64,000 bases of DNA from Mobula birostris (lineage: Eukaryota), in the NCBI RefSeq assembly GCF_030028105.1, contig NC_092388.1, positions 40,802,581 to 40,866,580 on the forward strand, written 5' to 3'. The notes below the pieces were generated by a model, which did not search any database, had not been told where the DNA came from, and was given only the letters and a program-made list of their open reading frames with translations. Both the position numbers and the translations under genes were made by a program. Shown piece after piece: positions 37,540 through 51,040 of the stretch. How positions within the stretch are numbered: position 1 is the stretch's first letter; every line of letters starts with the position of its first letter.

Positions 37540-40474
37540 CTGGTGACCAAAAAGTATATTACTACAAATGTTAGAAAGAATGCTAAATAATACTATAGTA
37601 ACCCTAAACATTTTATATGATTGTAACAAAGTCCCTGAAACATCTCCTTCATTACACAGGTGTGTTACATGAAAAAAGGCATATTCATAAGCTGAATCAA
37701 CCAGTTCCGATTAAAAAGCCAAGAAATATAATTTATAAAAACAGACTATGACCATTTCAAAAGTAGACATTGATGCATATTTTTCAGACACTATTATAAT
37801 GAAATATTAAATGAGCTTGTGCATTAGTGACTGTAAGAAATCTTTCAGTCATTAATGTAAAGCGGCAGTGCAGGTATGCAATTTCAAAAGCAAAACATTT
37901 ATTACAATGATCTGAAATAGCACTTAATACCATAATGTTGGATTATTCAACAATGAAAATTCCAACCTTCTACCTCATTTCCTGCAGTTGTTATCCCCTT
38001 CCACCATTCTCTTCTGTCAACATTAAATTCCATTCATCTTCAATGTATAACACTTACAAAAATACTTTAATGTACTCATCTTTACCACTCTCCATATTGA
38101 TAGATATTCCTTGTTTTCTTCATATCTTCCCCCTTTTCCCCTTAAAGATAGTTTTATTTCTAACTTTGCATTTCTAATGAAATGTCTTAAATCTACACTT
38201 TAACAGTCTCTGCAGATGCTGTCTAGCCTGCTAAGCTACTTCCACCAATTTTGTTTTCAATACAAAAAAAAATTATAAGTAGCCAGATTGAAATAAGCAG
38301 AACTGGCAAACATGATTAAAAATTCCTAAAGCAGTCATACATAAATATTGCTTTATTACCAATTCTATTATTTTCTCTTGCTGGTGATAGCCTGCGTGAG
38401 GTGTTGAGGCTCAAGAGACATTTTCACAGTTTTTTCATTGTGCTGTACTAAGCAAAAGTGAAACAACTTTCCCTGTTTCTACAAAAAAAGAAACATCTGT
38501 TCAGCCAGCAGGTTAGATGCTTTCAATACTATGTAACTGCTTCGGTAGTTTTCAAATAAAACTTCTCCTGTAGACCCCTTAACTTGGTCCATAGTACTCT
38601 GAGAATCAAGAAATTATACTGTATATATGATAATCTTGTTCTGTTTTGATTTTAAGAATTATACTGAATTCAAGTTTTTATGCTATTCCCATAGCAGAGT
38701 GAAATTAATGCAAATCCTCCATTGGTAATGAGGCAAGGCAGTCTTTTGAAAGTCAGTAAAGAGGCACAAAATTTGTTGCTTTGCAATCATTTTAATAAGT
38801 GTTGATAGAACAGAGGAAAGTTGAACAGATAGTAATATGGAACTACTAAGCAAAGAGAGAGTCAAAGGAACAAGGATAGCACCTAGCATAGAACAGCTAT
38901 TTTTGCGATTTAAAAAATCCATTCAAATTTTTAGATAAGAGACAACCAATTAGAAAGTACTTACTCACTCAATGAAGAACAAAGACACTTCCAGAGCTTT
39001 CCATAAGTATACTTTGTATAGCCACTAGAGGCATATTAAACTTGCATATACATACAAGAAATACTTAAAATACAAGAAGATAATTAACTGTTAAACTGCA
39101 AGGAAAATAACAATTAAACACATATAATCTAGGAATTCAACAGCCAGATCCAATACTATCTGGAAGAGCAGCATGGCCCAAACCCATTCCACTCATTCTA
39201 TCTGTTACTATTGCAACATAAAAGAGTACATTGGTTGGGGCATGCAATCTAAGCCAAATTGTAATGCAGGACATTTAGGATACATCTTCTGAATGAGGCA
39301 TCTACCCTCACAGATGATATGTCCAAACAGCAGTGAAGTTCTCCCAGGTGGCCTAGCCAATGTAAATTCCTCAATGCAGTTACAAGCAAATTACCTAGCT
39401 TTTTATTTTTCTGTGCATAGACCACTGTTGTATATGCTATCTGAACAATTCTTAACTGTAATAGCAACAACGCTTGCTATTGACACTCACAGATGTTACA
39501 AAGGGTTGTAAGCGAGGGGTGGTTGGAAGGGGGTAACTCAGGGCTCCACCAACTTACAACAACAGATCCAGGGGAAGATGAGCAATACAGATAAATTAGA
39601 CAATCTTACTATTGTGTTATTTAATGTTAGAAGATTAAACTCTCCCTACAAGCATTCAAAGGTTTTAGATTTCTTACGCAATAAGAAAATAGATATCGCG
39701 CTGTTACAGGAAACACATCTTAAACCTAATGACATTCCCAGGGTTCAAAACCACTTTTATAAACCCATTGTGGCATCAGCTGATGGTACTCGTACGAAAG
39801 GAGTTATGATATTAATGAGACGCAGTATTAATGTATCAATTGAAAGGACTGGCACCGACAATGAAGGATGTCTAGCTTATTGCTGTACATCTATTCAGGG
39901 TAAAAAAAAAAGTTGCATTCATTAGCTTATATACCCCAACTATATTCGGGGTTGAATTTTTTTTCCCTCAATTACCTCACAATTACTGAAGTTAAGTGAC
40001 TACCAACTATATGTTGGTTCGGACATGAATGCTTTGGTAAACAATAACCTCGATAAATCTTCCTCAACTATATCAAGCTCTCAAGAACCTGCTTCCAAAG
40101 CACTTAACCTTTTTCTAACGGATTTAAATTTAACTGACATGTGGAGGGTGCATAATCCATCAGCTAAAGACTATACCTTCTTCTCCACAAGAACTTTCTC
40201 TCAGCTAGGTTACATTCTTATATCCTCCGGTTTGCTGCCTTTGGTACACTCAATAGAATTTTTGCCCGGACATCTATATGATGACAACCTTATTTTTAAT
40301 TTATGGCAAAGTTAAAAATAAGGCTACTAGGTGGAGGTTCAACTCCACCCTTCTAAGTAATGAATTTCTAACACAACTGAGAATAAAACTGACGGAATTT
40401 ATAAATTTAAATAAAAATAGTGTCTCAGATGTGACAGTGATTTGGGCCTCCATCAAGGGTTTCTTACGAAATAA

Positions 40475-40715
40475 GAACATAGAATAATACAGCATAGTAC
40501 AGGCCCTTCGGCCCACAATGTTGTACCGACCCTCAAACCCTGCCTCCCATATAAGCCCCCAACTTAAATTCCTCCATAGGCCTGTCTAGTAGTCTCGTAA
40601 ACTTCACTAGTGTATCTCCCTCCACCACTGACTCAGGCAGTGCATTCCACGCACCAACCACTCTCTGAGTAAAAAACCTTCCTCTAATATCCCCCTTGAA
40701 CTTCCCACCCCTTAC
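40475..40715 (-). mobile_element. CR1 3' fragment inside the L1
   Basis: ORF GKFKGDIRGRFFTQRVVGAWNALP; the L1 frame resumes on both sides. Confidence 0.85.
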
Positions 40716-41287
40716 CTTAACACCATATGGTTCAGTTCCCACCTACATAAAAGCTGGCTTCAAAAGATTTCCACCCTAGAAAAACAATGTAAGGTTTTGG
40801 AGAATGATCTCAAAAGGAGATACACCATAACAACAAAAAAAAAGCTCAAAACAAGCAGAATTAAATAATTTATTAAGAAGCAGGGCAGAATATATGATCC
40901 ACATAACCAAACGTAATTATTATGCAGAAGGCAGTAGACCAAGCAATCTTTTGGCACTAACGCTCAAACAGGAAGCTACAAGGTCTATACCAGCGATTAG
41001 ATGTGCTAAACGTGCAGTAGTATCTTCAACAGAGGAAATAAATGAGACATTCAAGAATTACTTCAAAGAACTGTATACAAGTGGCTCAGTTCCTTCTGAG
41101 AATGACTTCACAGATTTTTTTAGTGGATTAGACCTCCCTACGTTGTCATTAGAGGACACCAAAACTCTAGACTCTCCTATTACACTGGATGAGCTACTTA
41201 AAGCAGTCAAAGCCACAAATAAGGGCCGTACGCCAGGTATAGATGGCATACCTGTGGAACTTTAGCTAGCACTTTGAGATATTCTTG

Positions 41288-42470
41288 TTTGTCTCCTGGA
41301 ATACTAGTGGTCTTAACCATCCTATTAAAAGGAAAAAAGTTTTTAAAATGTTCCGGAGACTTAAAGCACAAATTTTATTTTTACAAGAGACCCATGTGCG
41401 GAGGGGGGACAGACTACGTTTTTTTAAATTCTGGAAGGATAAACAGTTTCATTCGAACTCTAACACTAAGATTCGAGGCATCTCTATTTTTATAGACTCC
41501 TCAGTTACTTTTATACAACATGATATTATCTCTGATCCGAATGGTAGATTTCTACTGGTTAGTGGTTTACTATTTAATAAAAAGGTAGTTTTGGTTAATG
41601 TTTATGCTCCCAATATGGACTGTCCGGAATTTTATAAATCATTATTCAATCAGTTCCCGAATTTGAATGAGTTTTCATTGATCTGGGGCGGAGATCTTAA
41701 TACCTGTTTATCTCCAGCTTTGGACCGTTCGGCTCCTCTACGGACCTTACCTAATAAATCTGCAACTTTGATTAATTCATTCCTCTCTGATTGTGGGTCG
41801 ACGGACATTTGGCGTTTTTTGCATCCTCAGGAAAAAGATTTTTCTTTTTTTTCCACATGTTCACCATTCCTATTCAAGAATTGATTATTTCTTTATTGAC
41901 TCTCGTCTTATTTCTTCAGTGATTAAATGTGATTATGACTCTACAACCATTTCGGATCATGCTCCACTTATACTTAAGCTTTCTATTAAAATTCAGGCCA
42001 ATACACAAAATAATAGACAATGGCATTTTAATTGGCTGTTGCTTCAGGACTCGGATTTTGTTAACTTTATGAATGAACAGATTGATTTTTTTTTACAATC
42101 AACTATACAGAGGATATTTCTGTGAACATTCTTTGGGATACTTTTAAAGCTTATATTCGTGGTCAGATTATCTCGTATTCTGCTGCTTTGAGGAAGAAGC
42201 TGAAGCAGGAGGAGTTGGTAATTGTGGACAAGATTAAGGAAATTGGTAAGAAATATGTTATAGCTCCCTCTGAGGAGTTATATAAACAAAGAACTGAACT
42301 TCAAATGGAACACAGTTTATTACTTTCGTCCTCGATTGTAAACCAATTAAAGAAAACAAGAAGTGAATTTTATGTACACAGTGACAAAATTGGCAAACTG
42401 TTGGCTAACCAATTGAAATCTAATTATACTAAGTCTCAAATTAATCAGATTTATAACCAAAATGATCAAC
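41288..42470 (+). mobile_element. Internal endonuclease-region fragment of a different L1 family, flanked by a 13-bp direct repeat
   Basis: VSWNTSGLN, FLQETH, NVYAPN, GGDLN, SRIDYF, ISDHAP; tgagatattcttg at 41275-41287 and 42471-42483. Confidence 0.85.
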
Positions 42471-45149
42471 TGAGATATTCTTGGACCAGTATGGTTAGAA
42501 ACATTAAATTATGCTATTGGAAATGGCGCTTTCCATAGAGACCTAAACACAGCTCTGATCACAGTTATACCCAAGCCCGGTAAGGACCCCTTGGAGTGTG
42601 CCAATTACCGTCCAATCTCCTTGATAAATGCCGACCTCAAGATATTTTCCGAAGTTTTAACCAGTAGACTTGAGACAGTAGTTGCAAAAATAATTACCCA
42701 GATCAAACGGGCTTTATCAGGGGACGTCTCGCATCTTATAATATTCACTGGCTCTTACACATACTGAGTGCAACACATAAAATCCTGCTTGCCTGTGACC
42801 TGCTATTTCTAGATGCTGAAAAAATGTTCAATCACCTTGAATGGTCATGTCTTTGGAGAGTTCTAAAAGAATTTAAGTTCGACAATAAACTTATCAATAT
42901 GATTCAAACACTGTATGCTAATCCTTCAGCCCAGGTATGTGTGGGAGGAGGTTTCTCAGAGTTATTTGACATAGGACGGGGCACATGACAAGGGGACCCT
43001 TTGTCTCCTTTAATTTTTACTATATCTGTTGAACCACTTGCACATTTAATTAGAAACTCTACTCAGATCTCCACTATTACAATAGGTAGAAAATCACATT
43101 CGATATCACTTTACCCGGACGACACGCTAGTTTATATTGCAGATGTTCAACAAACTCTCCTCTATGTTTTAAAAACACTGGAACAATTTGGATTTCTTTC
43201 AGGATACAAAGTTAATTTGTCAAAATCAGCACTGATGCTGATTAATACAGATAAAAGTAAGGTGCCTCTCCCTCCCCAGATTAAGGTTACAAATGAGGTC
43301 CTCTACTTGGGTATTAAAGTTAATACTTCCCTATCGTCTGTGGTTAAAACAAATTATTCTTTAATTTTGAAAAAAATAGAATATATTAATAGATGGAGAC
43401 ACCTGCCAGCATCAGTCCCTGCCCGTATATCAGTCATTAAAATGAACATCTTACCCTGCATTAATTTTATCAGCTCAATGATTCCACTTGCGCCTCCAGC
43501 AGGATATTGGCAAAAACTGGACTCCTTACTGTGATGCTATGTTTGGAATGGTAAACGACCCAATATAAAGTGGTCAGCTCTACAATTGAAAAAGTCGGAT
43601 GGGGGATTGGCATGCCCAAATTTTAAATTGTATCACTGGGCATTTGTATTAAAAAGTCTTAGCTATTGGATGGAGGAAGATAAAGTTTCGTCATGGAAAA
43701 ATATAGAACAAGAACTAATAACACCAATAAGGTTGAAGGACTTTCTCCTTATAGGTATGTCTACCAAAAAATGTGATTTGTATTACGGTCCAATTTTAAC
43801 CCATAAGCTACAAGTGTTTAGAGCAGCAGAAAAATTCCTAAACTTTAAAAGCGTATGGTGCAAACCTTCTCCATTATGGAACAATAATCGTTTTCTATCT
43901 GGGGAGAAACCATTCACTAACAGAACTTGGGAGGATAAAGGTATTACTGCTCTTCAAGATATTAATGGGGCAAGTACTATCCTTAGCTTTCAAGAACTGT
44001 TATCTTTATATAATATTGATAAACACCCTCTTCTACTTTAGAGTAAGATCAGCTTGTAAAGCCTACAGGGTTCCCTGGGGGTCAGATTTAAAGGACCATC
44101 CCATTTTAAGTGTGATACCTAGTGCTCCAGGACAGACAGTGTCATATATCTATGATAAATTAAACTCCCAGAAATATATCCCCACATTAGGAATGAAAGC
44201 CTGGGATAGGAACATATCTGAATTAGACTGAATCTGAACAAGACTTAGACTGGGATGTGATTTGGGATAATGCTGCCAGTGCTTCGAAAAACCCAATCAT
44301 AGGTATACACACTCGAAATTTTGTCATAGAGCATATTTAACACCAAGAATTAGACATCAAATGGGACTGGTTCCTGACCCATATTGCTCATTTTGCCCCC
44401 ATGGAACCATTGACTGTTTTATACATGTTGTATGGAAATGTCCAGGGATTCTTGGCTTGTGGGGGAAGGTTATCAGTACTCTTACAGAACTAATGGAGGT
44501 ACAATTATCAATAGACCCCGCTGTACATCTTCTAAATGATGAGTCCCACCTTTCCCTTACAGAAAAAACACACAAAGTCTGGCTGGCAGGCCTGACTGCA
44601 GCTAAGAAGATTGTAGTCCAGCGTTGGAAACCTCCCCATGATATCTCAAGTACTCACTGGCTTTGGAGCTTTTTTGGACATTTCTTACCTGGAACTATCA
44701 TCAGCAAGAGTAAATGATGCATGACCAAACACAATCTTAATGTAGACAGATTTGATATCTAACTTAAAAGATCTTCTGTTAAAATAGGAATGCTCTATCT
44801 GTGTATGCACCACTATTCAGTTGGTTGGTGGAGAGGAAAGGGATGGGGGGGGGAGAGGGGGGTGGGGATGAGGATGAGGGGTGGAGGGGGGATGGCGAAG
44901 ATTGGAGGTGGCTGGGTTAAACAGTCAAAATTTAATTGGCAACTAGTTGTATTGAATGTAATTTGTTGGTGTTGTAATAAAAAAAAATTAGTGATTAAAA
45001 AAATTTAATTGGCTTCAAAATGCTCTGCCATATCTCCAGACTCAAGAAAGCCATATCTCCAGACTCAAGAAAAACACCACATTAACGATAAATGCTATTT
45101 TCCTTTCCACAACCACTTTTAGAGATCATTTTCATCGGAAAATATTATC

Positions 45150-45895
45150 TAGTTCCTTCCCGGCGTATACGAGGAACAAGCTCTTCTCGGGCTTCCAGCC
45201 AGGTACAGATATCAATTATAATTGACGTTTCGATGACAAACTCTGCCTCTTCTTCAGGGATGATGCCAGGGTACGTCTAGACTGGTGGTATTTATACCCC
45301 CGTAGTCCGTCCCTCCTTATTAGTTAGTCCTCATCCAATCAGGTTTCTGCACTCCCTCCTTGTTTACAATCGAATTCCAGTTCTCACTTCGAGCGAGACC
45401 TTCCTCCTGCGGTCAAGGTTTGATAAGGGTACCATTGACCTTTTTGAACATACCCTTACATCAACGTACTTCCTCTATAAGGGGAACTGCTACGAACAAA
45501 AGGACAGAGTGGCCATTGGATCACCCTTGTCACTGGCTATTGCTAATTTCTACATGGAGGACTTTGAGGAAAGGGCTCTGAGTTCATCGCCCTTACATCC
45601 CAAATTCTTCTTTAAATACGTCAATGACACCTTCATAGTGTGGCCTCATGGACTCCAGGCACTCCAACTGCTCCGCTACCATCTGAACAATATACATCCA
45701 AACATTCTATTCATGACAGAGATGGAGAAGAATGGTTGCCTCCTGTTCCTGGACATTCTAATATGACAAAAATCGGATGGTAGCCTTGGACATGGGGTCT
45801 ATTGGAAACCCACTCACACAGGCTTATACCTCAACAGTAACAGCCACCATCACCCCTCCCGACGTAGAATGGTTCTTTCTACTTTAACCATGCAC
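45150..45895 (+). mobile_element. Second PLE family (Poseidon-like): inverted pLTR (45150-45410) then RT fragment
   Basis: AIGSPLSLAIANFYMEDFE..KYVNDTF..LLFLDILI..YWKPTHT; 45150-45410 is the reverse complement of 50810-51040. Confidence 0.85.
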
Positions 45896-46403
45896 AAACT
45901 TTCTTTCTTTTCCAATCTTTTTATTAATTTTCAAAATTATAAACATAGCAACAATATTAATGAACAGAGATTGGGATTACATTATTAATAATTGACATTG
46001 CAAATATAACATTGGTAATAATACAGCTGTATTAAATTTCCCAAACTCTAAATATAATTACACATGGTAGAGGGATAAATGAGAAAAAATCTAAAAAAAA
46101 CCCAAATTAGAAAAGAAAAAAAAGACATTAATTAAACTAAGCAATATTAACCCTAACTAAATAAAACGAAAAACAAAACTATAGAAAAAAAAAGAGGCAG
46201 GCTAACATAGTACATTGGATAGAATCATTAAAGTCATTAACTCCACTCCTCTATCCGTGTATTTTAGGTTTAAAAAAAAGGATTCGGAAAGGTCAAACTA
46301 CATCATATGGAAATATTGCATAAATGGTCTCCATGTTTCTTCAAATTTAACTGAAGGTTCGGAGGTGCCACTTCTAATTTTTTCTAAATTTTAACAAGAT
46401 ATA

Positions 46404-47070
46404 CAGTCAGCTCTCCTTATCCGCAAGGGATTGGTTCTGGGACCCCTCGCGGATACCAAAAGACGCGGATGCTCAAGTCCCCTATTCAACCTCTCTAAAT
46501 GCGATGGACCTTAGGACCCAGCAGAACCCCGGACCTTATTTAACCTGTCTTAGTGCAGTGGACATTAGGACCCAGCAGCAGAGCTCTGAATCCGCAGTGT
46601 TTCTGTTCACAAAAATAATCACCATCACGATTTAAAATAAAGTGGAAATAATAAAGCAATCGGAAAGAGGTGAAATGCCATCGGTCATTGGAAAAGCATT
46701 AGGCTACAGTCAGTCAACGATCAGAACAATTTTAAAGGATAAAGTGAGAAAAGCCCTGCCCCGATGAAAGCTACAATTATTACTAAGCAACGCAGTGGTT
46801 TAATTATTGGGTTTTGGGTTTTTGATCCTCCACATCAACCCGGCACAGATGAGAGCATGCTCGGTAGCGCTCTGTCACTGGATTGCACTCGGGAATTTCC
46901 GTTCCTGAGCCTGGCACTGAAACATACGTTTCTTAAGTGTTTTATAGGCATAGAAAGGAAAAATATTTACTATATACTAAGACAAACATTTGACTAACTG
47001 ACGATAAATAATACCTGATGTACCTGTTCCGACTTACTTAGTAAGAGAACTTACTGTTTTTCTTTCGATC
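46404..47070 (+). mobile_element. Tigger/MER2-like DNA transposon, truncated by the gap
   Basis: TA + CAGTCAGCTCTCCTTATCCGC terminus; CENP-B-like HTH NKVEIIKQSERGEMPSVIGKALGYSQSTIRTILKDK. Confidence 0.7.
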
Positions 47071-47224
47071 NNNNNNNNNNNNNNNNNNNNNNNNNNNNNN
47101 NNNNNNNNNNNNNNNNNNNNNNNNNNNNNNNNNNNNNNNNNNNNNNNNNNNNNNNNNNNNNNNNNNNNNNNNNNNNNNNNNNNNNNNNNNNNNNNNNNNN
47201 NNNNNNNNNNNNNNNNNNNNNNNN
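47071..47224. other. Assembly gap (154 N)
   Basis: Run of N. Confidence 1.
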
Positions 47225-48864
47225 CGAACAACAAGTGCTGGAAGAGCACTTCCAGGTTTTCTCGATTCGCGGTTGGTTGAATTCGCGTATGTGGAACTTG
47301 CGGATAAGAAGGGCCGACAGTAGTTTGAGAAAACCATTGAAATGTAGTGGGGGATTGACCTCTTTCCAGTTCAATAAGTTAAATTTTCTAGCCATTAATA
47401 TTAAAAAAAGCAATCCTCCAACAGGAAGAGATAAGTAACTATCTTCCATCATTGGTAACCCAAAAATTGCAGTAACAGGGTGTGGTTGTAAATTAATACA
47501 CAAAAAAAGTAGAAATAATATCAAAGATATCTTTCCAATATTTACGCAAGAAAGGGCAAGACCAAAACATAAGAGTCAAGGAAGCAACTTCAGAATGGCA
47601 TCTATCACAAATTGGGCTTATATGTGAATAGAAACAAGCTAATTTGTCTTTAGACATCTGTGCCCTATGCACCACTTTACATTGTATCAATGTATGTTTA
47701 GCACACAAAGGGGACATGTTAACTAATTGAAAAATTTTTTCCCATTTTTCTATAGGTAAAATAAATTGGTTCAAGCCAAAAAATTTTACAAAATTGAAAC
47801 CATATTCGTATTGTATGTTTAATTATTGGATTAACCATTTGTTTATTTAATTTAGAAATAACAAATGGTAGAGAAGTCCCTAAAGTGGAAGGCAAAGAAA
47901 ACCCTTGTACAGATTTACATTCCAGGTTTACCTATTGTGGGCATAAAGTTAATATCCAAATCTTGTGTCCAAAGTATTAAATATCAGATATTAATTGCCC
48001 AATAGTAAAATCTAAAATTCAGTAAAGCCAAACCACCATCCTTTTTAGACTTCTATAAATTTTTTATTTACTTAATCTAGGAGTTTTGTTCTGCCATATA
48101 TATTAAGAGATTTTAGAACCTAAAGTATCAAAGAAGGATTTAGAAATAAAAATTGGTAATGCTTGAAACAAGTATAATAGTTTTGGTAGGAGAATCATCT
48201 TAATAGCGTTAATTCGGCCAAGCATTGATAGAAAGCATGGGGACCATTTAATAAACATTTGATTAATTTGATCAATTAATGGTAAAAAAAAAAATTATGC
48301 TTAAATAAATCCTTACATTTCTTAGTAATTTTAACACCCAGGTAAGTAAGATAATCATTAACCAGTCTGAATGGTGAACATCTATAAATTGGAACCTGCA
48401 TATTTAAAGGGAAGAGTCCACTCTTATTAAGGTTCAATTTATAGCCCAAAAAATTACTAAACTTATCAAGCAGGATAGTAGTGCCGGAATAGATTTTTCG
48501 GGGTTAGAAATATATAAGTAATAAATCATCAGTGTATGATGACTTAGATAACTTATCTAAGTTATCAGATGATGATCAGATAACTTATGTGTTTCATCCC
48601 CACGGGTGATACCAAATATATTAGTTGATTCATGAATAGCAATATCAAATAGCAATGGACTAACAGGACAACCTGGTGCCGCAAAGCAACTGAAAAAAAG
48701 GGAGATCTTTGATTGTTGGTAAATACCGACGCCAAAGGGGTAAGGTATATTAATTTAATCCAAGATACAAATGTCGGACTAAAACTAAATTTTTCAAGCA
48801 CACTAAACAAATATGTCCATTCATCTCTGCCAAACGCTTTCTCAGCATCTAGTGAAATGACACT

Positions 48865-50650
48865 AGAAAAGTTATTAAGTGTGAGAACCAGTTCTGCCAA
48901 TCAGAGGAGCGTAGTGGTGGTGGGGAGCTGGTGAGGTCTATTATCCAGGAAGCAGCGGAGGGCTTTGAGGCCTTCTTGATGGGGAGTGGAGGTGTATAAG
49001 GATTGGACATCCATAGTAAAAATGTAGCGGTTGGGACCGGGAAACTGGAAGTTATTGAACAGGTGGAGGGCATGGGATGTATCCCGGATGTAGGTGGGGA
49101 GGGACTGAACTATGGGTGACAAAATGGAGTCCAAGTAGGCAGAATTCTCACACTTAATACTTTCTTTTTTGGCTCTTCGCACTTTCTTCAGACTAAAGGT
49201 GTAGCTATGGGAACTGGCATGGGACCCAGCTACGCCTGCCTCTTCGTTGGTTATGTGGAACAGTCTGTACTCCAAACCTATTCTGGTACTGCTCCCCAAC
49301 TTTTCCTTCGGTACATCGACGACTACATTGGTGCTGCTTCCTGCACCCATGCTGAGCTCATCAATTTCATCGACTTTACCTCAAACCTCCACCCAGCCCT
49401 CAAATTCACTTACTCTATCTCGGACACTTCTCTCCCCTTTCTCGATGTCTCGGTCTCCATCTCTGGAGACAGACTGTCCACTGACATCTTCTACAAGCCC
49501 ACTGACTCTCATACCTACCTCGACTATACCTCTTCCCACCCTGCCACATGCAAAAATGCCATTCCCTATTCCCAGTTCCTCCATCTCCCCCGCATCTGCT
49601 CCCAGGATGAGGCTTTCCGTTCCAGGACATCTCAAATGTCGTCTTTCTTTAAGGATCGTGGTTTCCCTTCTACCGTCATCAATGATGCCCTCACCCGCAT
49701 CTCCTCCATTTCCCGCACTTCGGCCCTCATCCCATCCTCCTGCAACCACAACAGGGACAGAGTTCCCCTTGCCCTTACCTACCACACCACCAGCCTCCGG
49801 ATAAAGCACATTATCCTCCGCAACTTATGCCACCTTCCCAACAGGACCCCACCACTAAGCACATCTTTCCCTCTCTACCCCTCTCCGCTTTCCGCAGGGA
49901 TCGGTCCCTCCATGACTCCCTTATCCACACGTCCATCCCCACTGATCTCCCACCCGGCACTTATCCCTGTAAGCGTAAGTGCTAACCTGTCCCTACACCT
50001 CATCTCTTGCAACCATTCAGGGCCCCAAACAGTCCTTCCAGGTGAGACAACACTTCACTTGTGAGTCTGTTGGGGTCATCTGTTGCATCTGGTGCTCCCA
50101 GTGCGGCCTCCTCTACATTGGTGAAACCCGACGCAGATTGGGGGACCGCTTCGTCGAGCACCTCCACTCTGTTCGCCACAACAGACAGGATCTCTCAGTA
50201 GCCACCCACTTCAACTCTGCTTCCCATTCCCATTCAGATATGTCCATACATGGCCTCCTCTACTGCCATGATGAGGCTAAACTCAGGTTGGAGGAGCAAC
50301 ACCTCATATACCGTCTAGGTAGTCTCCAGCCCCTTGGTATGAACATAGAATCCTCCAACTTCCGGTAATTCCCTCCCCCTCCCTTCCTCTATCCCTATTT
50401 CACTCTACCCCCTCCCCCAGCTCCCTCATGGTTCCGCCTCCTTCCTCTACCACCCATTGTTTTCAGGGCTATGACGTCAATGCTTCCCCTCCCCAACCCC
50501 TTTGTCTTTCAAATTACTGGTCTATCAACTGACGCTAGAAGCATTCTTCAAATCCTTCCCCATCTTTCATTCTTCAGTCCTGACGAAGGGTTCCGGCCCG
50601 AAACGTCAACTCGTTTCTGACTGATGCTGCCCAACCTGCCGATTATTTTG
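48865..50650 (+). mobile_element. Penelope-like element with an inverted 5' segment (48865-~49144 on -)
   Basis: - strand FTMDVQSLYTSTPH; + strand KGVAMGTGMGPSYA..FLRYIDD..LYIGET; hammerhead-like motif at 50576-50611. Confidence 0.9.
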
Positions 50651-50659
50651 TGTTTACAG

Positions 50660-51040
50660 TCAGTTTGGGTTACCTGGAGAAATTGGTGATAGTAGAACAC
50701 TACATTCACAAAGGCCATAGGATTGACTTCAATAGCACAAAACTACTATGCCACTCTAATGCCTTTTGGGATTGTCTGGTAAAGGAAGCCATTGAAATAA
50801 AACGAAGACGAAGGTTTCGTTCCAAGTAAGAAGTGGAATTTAATTGTAAGCAAGGTGGGACAAGCAGAAACCTGATTGGATAAGGACCAACCAATCAGGA
50901 GGGATGGACTACGGGGTATAAATACCATCGGTCTAGACATACCTAGGCATCACCCCTGAAGAAGATGGCAGAGCTGTCATCAAAACCTCGGTTATAATTG
51001 ATACCTATACCCGGCTGGAAGCCTGAGAGGAGTTTATTCA
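50660..51040 (+). mobile_element. Poseidon-like PLE 3' end (end of GIY-YIG + pLTR)
   Basis: EHYIHKGHRIDF..LVKEAIEIK; CCAAT boxes, TATAAATA and a degenerate hammerhead at 50953-50992. Confidence 0.8.

Larger units (their letters stand above)
39500..45003 (+). mobile_element. L1/Tx1-clade LINE ORF2, degraded, interrupted by CR1 and a second L1 fragment
   Basis: EN (FNVRRLN, LLQETHL), KGRTPGIDG, RT (LSPLIF, LYPDD), C-terminal CSFC..HVVWKC; G-rich 3' UTR and A-rich tail at ~44975-45003. Confidence 0.9.
45900..48864 (-). mobile_element. L1-clade LINE 3' half, interrupted by a DNA transposon and an assembly gap
   Basis: ISLDAEKAFGRDEW, CDRCHSEVASLTLMFWSC; T-rich tail at ~45900. Confidence 0.85.

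Noticed and set aside
47034-47524. ORFs containing X runs
   Set aside because: Artefacts of the N gap
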